Shown in pieces: positions 16,196 to 26,483 of a DNA stretch of 64,000 nucleotides; the stretch's first letter is position 1, and every line of letters starts with the position of its first letter. The DNA lies in IMG/VR virus record IMGVR_UViG_3300048886_001579, positions 432 to 64,431 of that record. The stretch is one strand, 5' to 3'. The translations under genes were made by a program, and so were the position numbers. Below the pieces are notes generated by a model, which saw only the letters and a list, made by a program, of their open reading frames with translations, did no database searches and was not told the origin of the DNA. The DNA is from a virus (Duplodnaviria > Caudoviricetes).

Positions 16196-16807
16196 TTATG
16201 CAATTGTTATTACAGAAACGCCTATTGCAGTTTTAGTTGCAGAAGTTAACTTCCCTGAAGCTAATTCTAAGACAGTTCCAGATATTGTATCAGATAAATC
16301 TGTTCGATTTTGCATTGCTACATCATCTGCGAGAGTAAACGTTCCCGCGGCACCACTTTGTGCAGTAAATCTCAATCTGTTTCCTGCTGAACCATCTGCT
16401 AGTGCTACTCCATCAATATGTGTTACTGTTGCAGTTTTATTTCCTCCTGCTGATGCAGTCAGTAGCAGAGTTGCCGCTGAACCAGCGGTATAAGTTACAG
16501 ATTCATCATAGATGATTTCAAATACAATATTATTTGAAGCACCATGATCGGCCGAAGTAATTACTCTGAAATTTGTCATAGTTGGATGTTTCAATCCAGT
16601 TGCGGCTGTTGCTCCAGCAAGACCACGAATTGCTACAAGAACTTCTGGATCGGCACTTGTATTTCCGTTACCAGTTGCGGCTCCTTCTACTACCCAACCA
16701 GATTGATTTGCATAAACCTTAGTTTTATCATAAGGACTATTTGCATCATCAGGTAAAAATTTGGGCTTGTTAGTTGCGACATCTGCGGATGTTCCCCATA
16801 AAGGCAT
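16196..16807 (-). CDS. Virion structural protein (MPLWG N-terminus)
   Basis: MPLWG...GWV...EVLVAI pattern; ACTAAATA late-like box at 16841..16848; GGAG RBS. Confidence 0.65.
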   Translation of the reverse strand: MPLWGTSADVATNKPKFLPDDANSPYDKTKVYANQSGWVVEGAATGNGNTSADPEVLVAIRGLAGATAATGLKHPTMTNFRVITSADHGASNNIVFEIIYDESVTYTAGSAATLLLTASAGGNKTATVTHIDGVALADGSAGNRLRFTAQSGAAGTFTLADDVAMQNRTDLSDTISGTVLELASGKLTSATKTAIGVSVITIA

Positions 16808-16843
16808 AGTTTTCTCCTAATTAAAAATTATTACTCTCATTAT

Positions 16844-19800
16844 TTAGTTAACAACAAAACCTTTTTTTTGCCGCTGTTCATTTGATTGAATATATTTTGA
16901 ATAAACATCTACATGTGATTCAAATGTTTTGGGAGGATCAGTAGTATAAATACCTTGACCACCCTTATCTTTCCCTATAGCAGGAGTACCTTCGTCTCCT
17001 ATAACACTATTTTCTTTTTCTGTCAATTCTTTGACACCAAATCCTACCATCATTTCAATAAATTCATCCATACCCATATCTTGATCATCATAAAAAGATT
17101 GAACATCAGTTAAAGTAATAGTTGCTAACGCTCCTTCTTTATTTTCTAATCTCAATTTATCAGGTGTTTCTTCAATTTTATAAAATGAATAATCTTCTAT
17201 ATTTTTAATAGAAGTTCCCATTAAATAATGAATCATGTGTTCAAACACCCTATAAGGATCTCTATCATTGACAATGATATTTCCTTCTTTTACATCTTGA
17301 CCAGGAGTGGCTTCCTTGTAATTGTCAGACAACTTATCAGTTCCCCATTCTCCTGCTCTTTCACTCTCCTTAGGCACTATAGGTTTTTTCCTATTTTCTA
17401 GAACCTTTTCAAGTTTTAGTCTTGTTTTAGTAGCCATATCTCCCTTTTCTTGTGGTATAGAGGATTCATACATACCTTGATTGTCACCAAATTCTTCATA
17501 TTTTTTTCTACTGAATCCCATTTTTTTAGCTAAATCTTCCCAAGCAGAAATTTTATATTCTTTATCGGGACCCGCCGTTTCCTTTGCAATAGCCTTTGCT
17601 TGATTCATCAAATAAAGTTTATTGACCATTGGATTATTAGATATTCTTGTTTTAAAATCTTCTTCCAATTGAACACCTTCAATATACATGTTTAATTCAT
17701 ATGCTTTGTTGTCTAAATTTGCAACTTGAATTTGTACTGTTTTTCTTCCAGCACCTAATGAATAACGATTTGTCTTACCATTTGATGGTTTTCTTGGGCC
17801 AGTTGCAACTTTATCATCTATTTCTTTAGGATCTACAATAGCGCCTTTTGTTTTTGCATGATCAACTGCATGTTGCATTGCATCTGAAAAAGTTTTATGA
17901 TAAAGTGTATAGCCACTTGCAGATTTTTTACCTGGAGCAACTAATTCATCAAGTTCTACTTCTTCAAATTTACGTCCCTTTAAAGCGGCATCTCTTTTTC
18001 TTGACAAAGCCCGCATTGCATCACGATCTTTTCCAGTAAGATACTTCATATGTTTTGTTCGACTATGAAGTTTATCAATTTCTTTATCAATTGCTTTTAA
18101 ATCTTCTGTCATATCGCCTTCATGTTCGACTTCTTCACCATGTCGAGCATAATAAAGTCCAGCTTTATGTAAGGATTTATCAAGAGAAGGAGAAATTCCT
18201 TTATACTGTTTCATCATTCCTGGAAAAGATTTAGCAATCATACCCAAAACAACATCTCGTGGTTCTGTATCAGTATCTATATCTTTAGCAGAAGGCATTT
18301 TTCCTTGAGCGGCCATTTGTGCAATCTTTTCATAATATTGTTTATCAATACTACTTCGATGTTTTTTTGCATAATCACCTAACTCTTGAGAAAAATCACG
18401 TAATTGTCTTTTCATTGCTTCATCAAGCGTATCTTCTCCCACAACATCAGGTGTTTTTCCTTTATAATAAACATTTCCTTTTAAAGCCTTGTGTGCTTTT
18501 TTCACATGTTTTTTATGAACACTAACTTTTCCATCTTTGAAGTTTCCTTTTACTCCTACATCATCTAAAGCCATTTTTACTTGTAACCCAGTACCCTCTT
18601 CCACTTCTGTTTCTTCATGGCGTGGTGGTCTTTTTGGTCCCTTTTGTTTAAAAAGACTTCCAAATTTTTTACCAGGCTTTAATTTTTTAACTTTTCCGCC
18701 ACCAGCTTTAAACTTTTTAATTTCATCTTCATAATCTGATGGAGCTTCATCAACCATAGAATTATCATTATACAAAAAAGGCATTGCTTTTGCATAGGTA
18801 TGTGCGGGTTTAGCCTTCTTTTGTACTCCACTTTCTTTGCTTTTTTTAGTACCAGGTTTAGCAATTCCCAATTTAACTCTTTGATTATGAATATTAAGTG
18901 CCGTTTTTTGTATTGCACTCATTTCATCTACTTCGGAATCTTCTTGTGTCTTAATATATTTGTTAAAAAATTTAGAACTTTGTTTTCGTCTTTTAACATG
19001 ATCTGCCGCGGCTTTTTCATCACCCCTATCTGCTCTACCCGCCATTGCGGCTCTTTTAGTTGCACCCTGCCACGCTCTTCTCATCAATTCTGGAGAAAGT
19101 TCATCTAAGTTTTCTTCTTCTTTTATACCTTTTATAGGAGGTTTAATCCCTTCACCCGCCATTCTTCGTGCAACTTTTCCTCTAAATCCTTTTGCTACAT
19201 GAAGTGCGCCTTGTTTAAAATGATAGTCTACTCCTTGAAATGCTTTGTCCATAAAATTAGCAATTTCTTTTTCGTGACCTTCTTCAAGTTCTACATCTTC
19301 TTTGCTATATCCTTTATGCATTACTCCTGCAATTCGTCTTTCTTTTTTGTTTCCAAAAGCAAATTTCTTGAATTTTTTATTATCCTCTGCTTTTTTACTA
19401 TCCCTATATGTGCTTGCTTCTTCAACTCCCTTATGAAGTTCAACTTTTTCTTTACTTCCTGATAATTTTATAGGCTTTTCAGTTTTTGTTTTTTTCTGTG
19501 CTTTAATTGATTTACCAATAGCTTTTCTTTTTTTCGCTAGATACTTATCAGCTTTATCTTTATCTCCGTCATTATCAATATCTCCGTCTTCTTTTCCAAC
19601 AGGATCTAATTTTGGTTTTTCTTCATCATTACCATTTGCTTTTGCTTCACCATTACTGTCTGGTTTATCTGCTTTAGCTTCACCTTCTTTTGCCTTTGTT
19701 TTGGCATCTTTTTCTCGTTTCTTTTTGTCATCAGGATTATCGCTTTTAGCATAGTGATGATGATGTACATCGCCTTGCTCTTTTATTTTCATAAATTCTT

Positions 19801-19882
19801 TATATATTGCATCATCTTCAGGTTCTGTAAAAGGTCCTGGTACTAAAGTTTTCCAATCTTCATGAAGCGTTTTGAATTCCAT
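16844..19882 (-). CDS. Large modular K/E-rich protein, probable internal head polyprotein
   Basis: Recurrent EEVELDE / EENLDE / EVDE linkers separating basic modules. Confidence 0.65.
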   Translation of the reverse strand: MEFKTLHEDWKTLVPGPFTEPEDDAIYKEFMKIKEQGDVHHHHYAKSDNPDDKKKREKDAKTKAKEGEAKADKPDSNGEAKANGNDEEKPKLDPVGKEDGDIDNDGDKDKADKYLAKKRKAIGKSIKAQKKTKTEKPIKLSGSKEKVELHKGVEEASTYRDSKKAEDNKKFKKFAFGNKKERRIAGVMHKGYSKEDVELEEGHEKEIANFMDKAFQGVDYHFKQGALHVAKGFRGKVARRMAGEGIKPPIKGIKEEENLDELSPELMRRAWQGATKRAAMAGRADRGDEKAAADHVKRRKQSSKFFNKYIKTQEDSEVDEMSAIQKTALNIHNQRVKLGIAKPGTKKSKESGVQKKAKPAHTYAKAMPFLYNDNSMVDEAPSDYEDEIKKFKAGGGKVKKLKPGKKFGSLFKQKGPKRPPRHEETEVEEGTGLQVKMALDDVGVKGNFKDGKVSVHKKHVKKAHKALKGNVYYKGKTPDVVGEDTLDEAMKRQLRDFSQELGDYAKKHRSSIDKQYYEKIAQMAAQGKMPSAKDIDTDTEPRDVVLGMIAKSFPGMMKQYKGISPSLDKSLHKAGLYYARHGEEVEHEGDMTEDLKAIDKEIDKLHSRTKHMKYLTGKDRDAMRALSRKRDAALKGRKFEEVELDELVAPGKKSASGYTLYHKTFSDAMQHAVDHAKTKGAIVDPKEIDDKVATGPRKPSNGKTNRYSLGAGRKTVQIQVANLDNKAYELNMYIEGVQLEEDFKTRISNNPMVNKLYLMNQAKAIAKETAGPDKEYKISAWEDLAKKMGFSRKKYEEFGDNQGMYESSIPQEKGDMATKTRLKLEKVLENRKKPIVPKESERAGEWGTDKLSDNYKEATPGQDVKEGNIIVNDRDPYRVFEHMIHYLMGTSIKNIEDYSFYKIEETPDKLRLENKEGALATITLTDVQSFYDDQDMGMDEFIEMMVGFGVKELTEKENSVIGDEGTPAIGKDKGGQGIYTTDPPKTFESHVDVYSKYIQSNEQRQKKGFVVN

Positions 19883-19884
19883 AC

Positions 19885-22179
19885 TTACCCCTTATCCTGA
19901 TTTGATTTTTGCTTTTTATCAAAAATGGCATTGTAAAATTTAGTTCTTTGATCTGTTCTTTTAAGAACTTCTTTACCAGCAGAAAGATCGCCTCTAGCTC
20001 TTTTAGTTTGAGCAGACATTGCTTTTTCTCCCGCTTTCGTATAGGCTCTTACTTTCATATCTTTAGAAATTTCATCTATTTCCTGTTCTTCTTTACGTTG
20101 AAGATATTTTCTTTCTATTGGTGATGCTATTCTGGTCTGAACTTGCTTTTTATCTTTTTGATCTCTAAAAGCTCTTTTTGCTTTCATTTTTTCTGAAGCA
20201 ACAGATCCCTTTTTTACATATTTTCCTTGAGGAGTGTCTACAACTACATCTCCTTCACTAAAGGCTAACCATTTTTTGAATGCGTGATTTGTATCCATTT
20301 CTTCCTTTGTTCTATGCTTAGAGTCAACTTGAGTCCATAAATCTTGATCTGTGATTAATCTAGTTTTACCGCCAGTCAAAAATGAATTAACTCTCGACTC
20401 TGCCCATTGTTGGGGAGTAGTTCCTGGTCTATGACTTGCGTTCCATGCACTAATTCCTCGAGTGTATACTTTTTGTAAAATTTTAACTGGAATACCAGAC
20501 TGTTCTGCTTTTAATTTTAAATTGTCAACAGATTCATCATATCCTGGATGACTGGCTTTCGCCATTTCTTTTTTCTTTTTTTCTTGCCTATTAGCCCACA
20601 TTTTATGAATTTGTTTTCTAGACGGAAATTTCTTTCGATCTATTTCCTCTTTTTTCGTCTGTTGTTTATAAGCCTTTACTGATTTTGCAACCCAACCACT
20701 TTTCTTGTCGGCAGGATGTAATAAAGCACCCGCTTTCTGAGCAGAATCATAAGATTTATGCTTAATTTCTTCTTCTACTGATTCTTCAGGTAATCCGTGT
20801 TTATTATGTTGCGCCCAAGCAAATGCATATGCTTTTTCTGTACCCACTTTTTTCTTTAAAGCCTTTACTTGTTTTTCTCTTCCTGGAGGAGCATCCTCTT
20901 CCAATCCCCTTTTCTTCATCTCTTTATCAATACGTTTAATCATAAATTGAAAAGAAGGCATATCAGTTTTTCCACTAGTACGTAGTTGCTTCATCTTTGC
21001 TTTAAGATGATCATCAGGTTGTTTTTCTATTTTTGCTTCGTCTACTTCAAATTCTTCTTTTGCTTTTACCATTCCTTTAACAAATTTTACAGCTTGAGCC
21101 CTTCGTTTCCGTCTAATATTAGGATCTCTCTTACCAAAACCTGTGCCCGAGCGGTCAGGTGAAGTTGGTTGGGCAGGTTCTCTTCCTTGTACTTCTGCTT
21201 TCCTTGCGGCTTTATAAAGCAATTCTTTAGTCATTTCATCTACCTCAACTTCTTCTTTGGGAAACATCCAATCTGGAGTTCTATCTATTATTTTTGCACC
21301 CATTGATTTTTCTCTTTTCGCTTGTGTATCCTTTACTTTTTTCATTATTTTAGCTAAGTGTGCTTTCTTTGCCGCAGGAGTTGCAGGATATTCTGCACCT
21401 TCTTTAATTTTATGTGCAGGCACCTTTTCTGATCTTGCAAGTCCTGGAATAGAAACAACATAAAAGGGAGAATGAGGACCTTGATCATCATAACGAACTA
21501 CTTTTCCTGTGACCATTCCCTTACCTTTTGCTGGATGAGCAACTTTTACTTTTGTTCCGGGTCTAAGTGCCGATTCTTTTATAGTGTCAATTTTCATTGC
21601 TTTCCTAATTTCGTTATACATAGATTTTGTATCTTTAGCAGATAATTTCGTTCCTTTTTTAAAATTATCTAAATCTCCAGAAACTGCAAATTCCCTTAGT
21701 TTCGATGCAGACACTCCAGCAACACCCTCAGCATCAGGATCACGATCTCCTGAACTTACAAAATCGATATCTATAAAATCATAAAATCCGTGTTTTTTCT
21801 TTTTTCCATTATATTCCGATATCCATTTTGAAAATTTAGCTAATCTATCACTCCCAACTACGAATACAAGTCTTTTAAATCCATCAGAATATAAATCAGA
21901 TAATGATACAAAAACTGTAGGTTTAATATCTATATTGATATTTTGACCTATCGTTTTTTCAACATAAACAACTTTTCTATCTGGACCCAAAGGATCCTTT
22001 TTAGCATTCTGAGTAGGAGACAAAAAAATGAAAGGCTCTGCTTTATGTTTTCTCGCCTCTGCTTCAATCTTTTTCGCAAGTTTAACATGACCTATTGAAG
22101 GAGGATTCATTCTCCCGAAAGTCACAACTGCTGTCTTTTCTTGCTTTGTTTCTGCTAAAAAATTTTTATAAATCTTCAT
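19885..22179 (-). CDS. HIGH-superfamily nucleotidyltransferase (cytidylyltransferase-like) fused to a modular K/E-rich extension
   Basis: TFGRMNPPSIGH, VVGSDR, GVSASKLR; later GTTPQQWAESRVNSFL module; N-terminus MKIYKNFLAE. Confidence 0.8.
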   Translation of the reverse strand: MKIYKNFLAETKQEKTAVVTFGRMNPPSIGHVKLAKKIEAEARKHKAEPFIFLSPTQNAKKDPLGPDRKVVYVEKTIGQNINIDIKPTVFVSLSDLYSDGFKRLVFVVGSDRLAKFSKWISEYNGKKKKHGFYDFIDIDFVSSGDRDPDAEGVAGVSASKLREFAVSGDLDNFKKGTKLSAKDTKSMYNEIRKAMKIDTIKESALRPGTKVKVAHPAKGKGMVTGKVVRYDDQGPHSPFYVVSIPGLARSEKVPAHKIKEGAEYPATPAAKKAHLAKIMKKVKDTQAKREKSMGAKIIDRTPDWMFPKEEVEVDEMTKELLYKAARKAEVQGREPAQPTSPDRSGTGFGKRDPNIRRKRRAQAVKFVKGMVKAKEEFEVDEAKIEKQPDDHLKAKMKQLRTSGKTDMPSFQFMIKRIDKEMKKRGLEEDAPPGREKQVKALKKKVGTEKAYAFAWAQHNKHGLPEESVEEEIKHKSYDSAQKAGALLHPADKKSGWVAKSVKAYKQQTKKEEIDRKKFPSRKQIHKMWANRQEKKKKEMAKASHPGYDESVDNLKLKAEQSGIPVKILQKVYTRGISAWNASHRPGTTPQQWAESRVNSFLTGGKTRLITDQDLWTQVDSKHRTKEEMDTNHAFKKWLAFSEGDVVVDTPQGKYVKKGSVASEKMKAKRAFRDQKDKKQVQTRIASPIERKYLQRKEEQEIDEISKDMKVRAYTKAGEKAMSAQTKRARGDLSAGKEVLKRTDQRTKFYNAIFDKKQKSNQDKG

Positions 22180-22187
22180 AGAATTAT

Positions 22188-22601
22188 TTATTCAAATGAA
22201 GATGGCACTTCTACTAATTTTTTATCATCATTAATATAAAATTCTATTCCATCATGCACAACCGTAGTATGTGTGTCCCTAAAGACTTGTTCTGCTACTT
22301 TACTTTTATCTTTTTTGCCTTTTTTAACAGTCTGTAATATTTTTTGATATACAACCTTATCGCCCATGATGAGACCAAGCATTTTATCGAAAATTCTTAT
22401 AATCATCATTCTTTGTTTTGGATTTGGTTTTTTATCATCTTCTAAATCTTTCATTGTTTTAAGAAACAATGCATATTCATCTTTGGCTATTAAACCTTCT
22501 CTCGCTAATCTTTTTAATCGTGCATCGACATCTTCTGTCAATGCTATTTTTATATAAGATTCGCCTAATTTGTCTAAAAGACCTTGTTCTGCTACTTGCA
22601 T
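22188..22601 (-). CDS. Hypothetical protein
   Basis: ORF coupled to the upstream stop. Confidence 0.7.
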   Translation of the reverse strand: MQVAEQGLLDKLGESYIKIALTEDVDARLKRLAREGLIAKDEYALFLKTMKDLEDDKKPNPKQRMMIIRIFDKMLGLIMGDKVVYQKILQTVKKGKKDKSKVAEQVFRDTHTTVVHDGIEFYINDDKKLVEVPSSFE

Positions 22602-23833
22602 TAACGACTCCCAAATGTTTTTGGTGCTAAGAAATTTTGTCTAGAAAACTCTAGTCTATCTACTAATTTTACTGCTCCATCATCTAATGTAACTGCAACA
22701 AATCCTTCTGGATTTGTAATCTCAAAACCCTTATCGGTTTGTATAAACGTTTTTGTCAAAGGTTGAATATCTTGTAATTTTTTAATTACTATCATTTTAG
22801 CGGCTATAAGAATATTTTGCATTTGAAACATGTTTTTCAAAGCAGTCTTATTCTCAGTAAAAAATTTTAAAATATCTTCATTTTTTTTACGTCTATTTTC
22901 TTTACCTTTTACCGACTTTAATTTATCAACCTCTTTATCTAATTTGTTTTGTAAGTATTTAATCAAACCAACAACATGACTATTAACATTTCCAATGGGC
23001 ATACCCTGTCTTATTTTAAAATTAGCAAATGCTTTAATCTGTGTATTTAAGTATTTATCATCTTTTATACCGTCTAACAGTTTTTTATTAAGAATTCTAA
23101 ATACTCTACCCGCCATCGAAAGTACGTTAAAATATTTTTCAGTTTCTTCTTGAGTAAAAGATGCTATTCCGTCCATTTTTTCATATTCAGCATCTTTAAA
23201 CCACACATCTGATGTTTGTGTAAAGTTATCAACATTTACATCGAATGAAGCGTTCATTTGATTTACTGCTTCACCAGTATATTTTGTATGCCAAACAATA
23301 CCCAAGTTTGAAGCATTTATCTTTTTTCCTAATTCACTTCTTAATTTAATTGCATATGTTATAACATTTGGCGTAAAAACAATGTGCGATTCACCATCTA
23401 TATTCTGTAACGTTTTGGGTTTTGCAAGACTATATAATAAATCTCCTTGATAAACACCGTCCATTCCAATATCTTTAAGGTATTTCAAAGACTCTTTTAA
23501 GTCAATACGTAAGCTACCTTCATGATGATTATCGACATCTTCATCTGAAAAATTTAATTTAGGTACTTTTGAAAATGCACCATGCTTAGTTGCTACAAAA
23601 AACTTTTCAGTCTCAGGATCTATTCCAGCTACAATTGCTGGCGCTCCATCCCATTTAGTTGTTATTGTAATTTTTTTAGAAGAAGAACCCTTTAAAGTTG
23701 AACCTAATGAGCTTAAATATGTGATTGCCTTTTTCACACCATCGAAACCACCATTTAAAACTTCATCTTCTATATGCTCAAGGTGCTTGTTAGCACCCTG
23801 AGATTCTAGCAAAAAATCCTTAAAATCGATCAT
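22601..23833 (-). CDS. Conserved T4-like hypothetical protein (NKHLEHIED...TKWDGAPA...PEGFV...KLVDRLEFSR)
   Basis: Conserved motifs; N-terminus MIDFKDFLLE. Confidence 0.75.
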   Translation of the reverse strand: MIDFKDFLLESQGANKHLEHIEDEVLNGGFDGVKKAITYLSSLGSTLKGSSSKKITITTKWDGAPAIVAGIDPETEKFFVATKHGAFSKVPKLNFSDEDVDNHHEGSLRIDLKESLKYLKDIGMDGVYQGDLLYSLAKPKTLQNIDGESHIVFTPNVITYAIKLRSELGKKINASNLGIVWHTKYTGEAVNQMNASFDVNVDNFTQTSDVWFKDAEYEKMDGIASFTQEETEKYFNVLSMAGRVFRILNKKLLDGIKDDKYLNTQIKAFANFKIRQGMPIGNVNSHVVGLIKYLQNKLDKEVDKLKSVKGKENRRKKNEDILKFFTENKTALKNMFQMQNILIAAKMIVIKKLQDIQPLTKTFIQTDKGFEITNPEGFVAVTLDDGAVKLVDRLEFSRQNFLAPKTFGSR

Positions 23834-23859
23834 TTTCCTCTAAGTACTGTAATATAAAC

Positions 23860-23884
23860 ATAAATAGTCATTAACTATTTATTA
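23860..23884 (-). promoter_or_regulatory. Late-promoter-like AATAAATA box inside an inverted repeat (ATAAATAG...CTATTTAT)
   Basis: Direct inspection. Confidence 0.45.
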
Positions 23885-23890
23885 TATTAT

Positions 23891-24625
23891 CTAATTAAAG
23901 GCTAGTTGATTATAACGTTTTTGTTTTGGAAGTTCGTTCCACAAATTTCCATTACTGGGAAATTCTGTATCACAAATCTGAACTAATTTGGGGTTGGTAT
24001 GAAGAAGTTTTGTTAATAATATTTTAGTTCTTGTAGTTCCTGTGTAGTTTATCATTATACATATCCATTCAGGTTGACCGTAATAATGACGATACTCCCT
24101 TCTTAAGGGTACATCGGGTCTACCATCAAAGCGAAATAACGTATAAAGAACTAAATTAGGATCAAATGTGTCTGAAGAGGGTGTTTCAGCTATTGGTTTA
24201 GGTACTAATCCTGGTTCAATAATTGTTTCAGTCATTTTAACTTGTACTTTTTGTTCAGAACACCCCTCAAGACACTCACCAGTTTTAACATCCTGAGGAC
24301 ATCCTCGTGGATCATGACATTCTTGAACCGTTTTTACTCCTTCTGTAACAACTTTTTTGCTTTCCCATTCGGGTTTTATCCCACTAGGTTCTTCTGCTTT
24401 AATACTCGTCACAGATGCAAGTTCATTTTTTACTATAGGAGTATAGGGTTTTAGTTTTGTTTCTTGAGTTTCTTGACTGACTACAATCATTTTTTGACCA
24501 CCAATCGTAAGAATAGTACCAAATGGTAGTCCTATTTTATCACCAGCTACAGCATAATTTTTTGGGGCACATCCACCCAAAAATATTGTTAATATAACTG
24601 CAATTATCATAATATACTTATACAT
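23891..24625 (-). CDS. Putative lipoprotein
   Basis: Signal peptide with lipobox LGGC; GAGG RBS. Confidence 0.7.
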   Translation of the reverse strand: MYKYIMIIAVILTIFLGGCAPKNYAVAGDKIGLPFGTILTIGGQKMIVVSQETQETKLKPYTPIVKNELASVTSIKAEEPSGIKPEWESKKVVTEGVKTVQECHDPRGCPQDVKTGECLEGCSEQKVQVKMTETIIEPGLVPKPIAETPSSDTFDPNLVLYTLFRFDGRPDVPLRREYRHYYGQPEWICIMINYTGTTRTKILLTKLLHTNPKLVQICDTEFPSNGNLWNELPKQKRYNQLAFN

Positions 24626-24683
24626 ATCACCTCATTTATTTGAGATTAACAAAAAGAGCTTCTAACTCAACCATTACACTACT

Positions 24684-24711
24684 ATTATATCAAAATTAGA
24701 AACTATGTCAA
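24684..24711 (-). promoter_or_regulatory. Sigma70-type promoter TTGACA-16-TATAAT
   Basis: Direct motif match. Confidence 0.7.
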
Positions 24712-24712
24712 G

Positions 24713-26164
24713 CTAATTAAAGGAAAATTCTGAAAAATCTTTCTTTTTTTTCAGTCTATTATTAGTTCCGACATCAAATACTGGAGGATCATCATCTTTA
24801 TCTTTTTTGTTCCAAGATCCCTTCGATTGTCGTTTCTTTTGTGCAGACCTTGCGACTAAATCATCTTGTGCGGATTCTTCAAGATCATATAATTTCATTT
24901 TTGCTCTATCAATTCCGATCACAAATCTTTTATATTTACCAGGATCACTATAACGATTTTTCAATTGTTTAATTAAAATTTGATCAAGTTCTTCTAATTC
25001 TTCTGTGCTAATCAAAGCAAACATAAAATCCGCAGTTGCAGGCAATCCAAATGATTCAGAGGTGTCTTCAAGTCCAAAATCTGTATTTGTAAATCCCGAT
25101 CTAGTTGTTTGAGTAGCAGAAACAATAGGAAGATTGTGTTCAACTGCTAGACCACGTACTTCTTCTGCTATTGATTTAATATAATTATAAGAATTTACAG
25201 TATTACCATACTTCAATCTAGATGAAGCCATAATATTTAAATAATCTACAAATATAATTTCAGGTACAAATTTTCTTTTTAATTTTAATTCATTTAATAA
25301 ATTTCTAAAATGATTTACGCTTGCAGAAGCTGGTGGATATTCTTTAACTATCAATCTACCCGATGTTGATTTTTTAACCTTTTTTATTTTTTTCTCAAAT
25401 ATATCTTTGGGGATATCATGTAAATCATCTATTGTAATATTCATCAAATTTGCATCAATTCTTTCTGCTATTTTTTCCTCGGCCATTTCAAGGGTGATAT
25501 ATAAAACATTTAATCCTTGAGATATTGAGGATGCCGCATGATGACACATGAATAATGATTTTCCAACACCCGTACCAGCAAGTCCGACATTCAAAGTTTT
25601 TTTAGATAAACCCCCCTTAGTTATTTTATTAAAATAATCTAGATCAAAGGGTATCTTTTCTTCAACTTTATGATAAAATTCGAACCGTTCATTCGAATCT
25701 TCAATGTAATCATGACCTATGTTAGGATCAAAAGAAACAGAAAGAGCATCAGATAAAATTTCTGGTATAGCACCCTTGTCTTTTTGTGTTTCTTTTTGAT
25801 TGTCAATAATGCTTATTGATTCAAGTACTGCATTATAAATTGCTTTATCTTGACAAAATCTTTCAGTAGTTTCAAGCAACCAATCGGTTTCTGTATTTTC
25901 TTTATTATCAAAATATTCTGAAACTTTATTAGAAACATCACTAAATTGTTCTTCAGAAAGTTTCGAATTGTTTCCAATTTCTATAATTAAGGCTTCTTTG
26001 GTGGGAAGAACATTAAAACCGTTTACATAGTTTTCTATTTCTTCAAAAAGAAATTGATCATTATGATCCGTAAAATATTCTTTTTTTAAATATGGAAGAG
26101 ATTTTCTGGTATATTCATCATTGAATATCAGATTCTTCAGTATCGTGTCCTCTATCCTCGTCAT
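24713..26164 (-). CDS. 41: Replicative DNA helicase (T4 gp41)
   Basis: LAGTGVGKS Walker A; IFVDYLNIM; SESFGLPATADF; KQLKNRY. Confidence 0.96.
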   Translation of the reverse strand: MTRIEDTILKNLIFNDEYTRKSLPYLKKEYFTDHNDQFLFEEIENYVNGFNVLPTKEALIIEIGNNSKLSEEQFSDVSNKVSEYFDNKENTETDWLLETTERFCQDKAIYNAVLESISIIDNQKETQKDKGAIPEILSDALSVSFDPNIGHDYIEDSNERFEFYHKVEEKIPFDLDYFNKITKGGLSKKTLNVGLAGTGVGKSLFMCHHAASSISQGLNVLYITLEMAEEKIAERIDANLMNITIDDLHDIPKDIFEKKIKKVKKSTSGRLIVKEYPPASASVNHFRNLLNELKLKRKFVPEIIFVDYLNIMASSRLKYGNTVNSYNYIKSIAEEVRGLAVEHNLPIVSATQTTRSGFTNTDFGLEDTSESFGLPATADFMFALISTEELEELDQILIKQLKNRYSDPGKYKRFVIGIDRAKMKLYDLEESAQDDLVARSAQKKRQSKGSWNKKDKDDDPPVFDVGTNNRLKKKKDFSEFSFN

Positions 26165-26483
26165 TTTCGTTTGTATTTAAATCTATGTTTTCTTGAATTA
26201 CTTCTATTAAAATGTCGCCTATTAATTTTTCAAATTCTACACCCTCAATATCAGAATATTTTTTATCTCTGATTTCTCCAGGTATTTCAAGTATATCATA
26301 TTCGAACCGATATTTCAACTCTTCTTCTTCTGCATCTGGTTCTATTAATCCAAATCGATTATACTTATAAACTACATCTTTAAATTTACCTTTAGTGATA
26401 GCAAAAGCGAATTGATCATCCTCTTTATTCTGAGGATTCTTCACCATCTTGTACCACTTCTTCATTTCCTTTTGTTGTTCCAT
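26118..26483 (-). CDS. Hypothetical protein at the syntenic position of T4 gp40
   Basis: Between uvsX and 41; start trimmed to MEQQ. Confidence 0.6.
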   Translation of the reverse strand: MEQQKEMKKWYKMVKNPQNKEDDQFAFAITKGKFKDVVYKYNRFGLIEPDAEEEELKYRFEYDILEIPGEIRDKKYSDIEGVEFEKLIGDILIEVIQENIDLNTNENDEDRGHDTEESDIQ

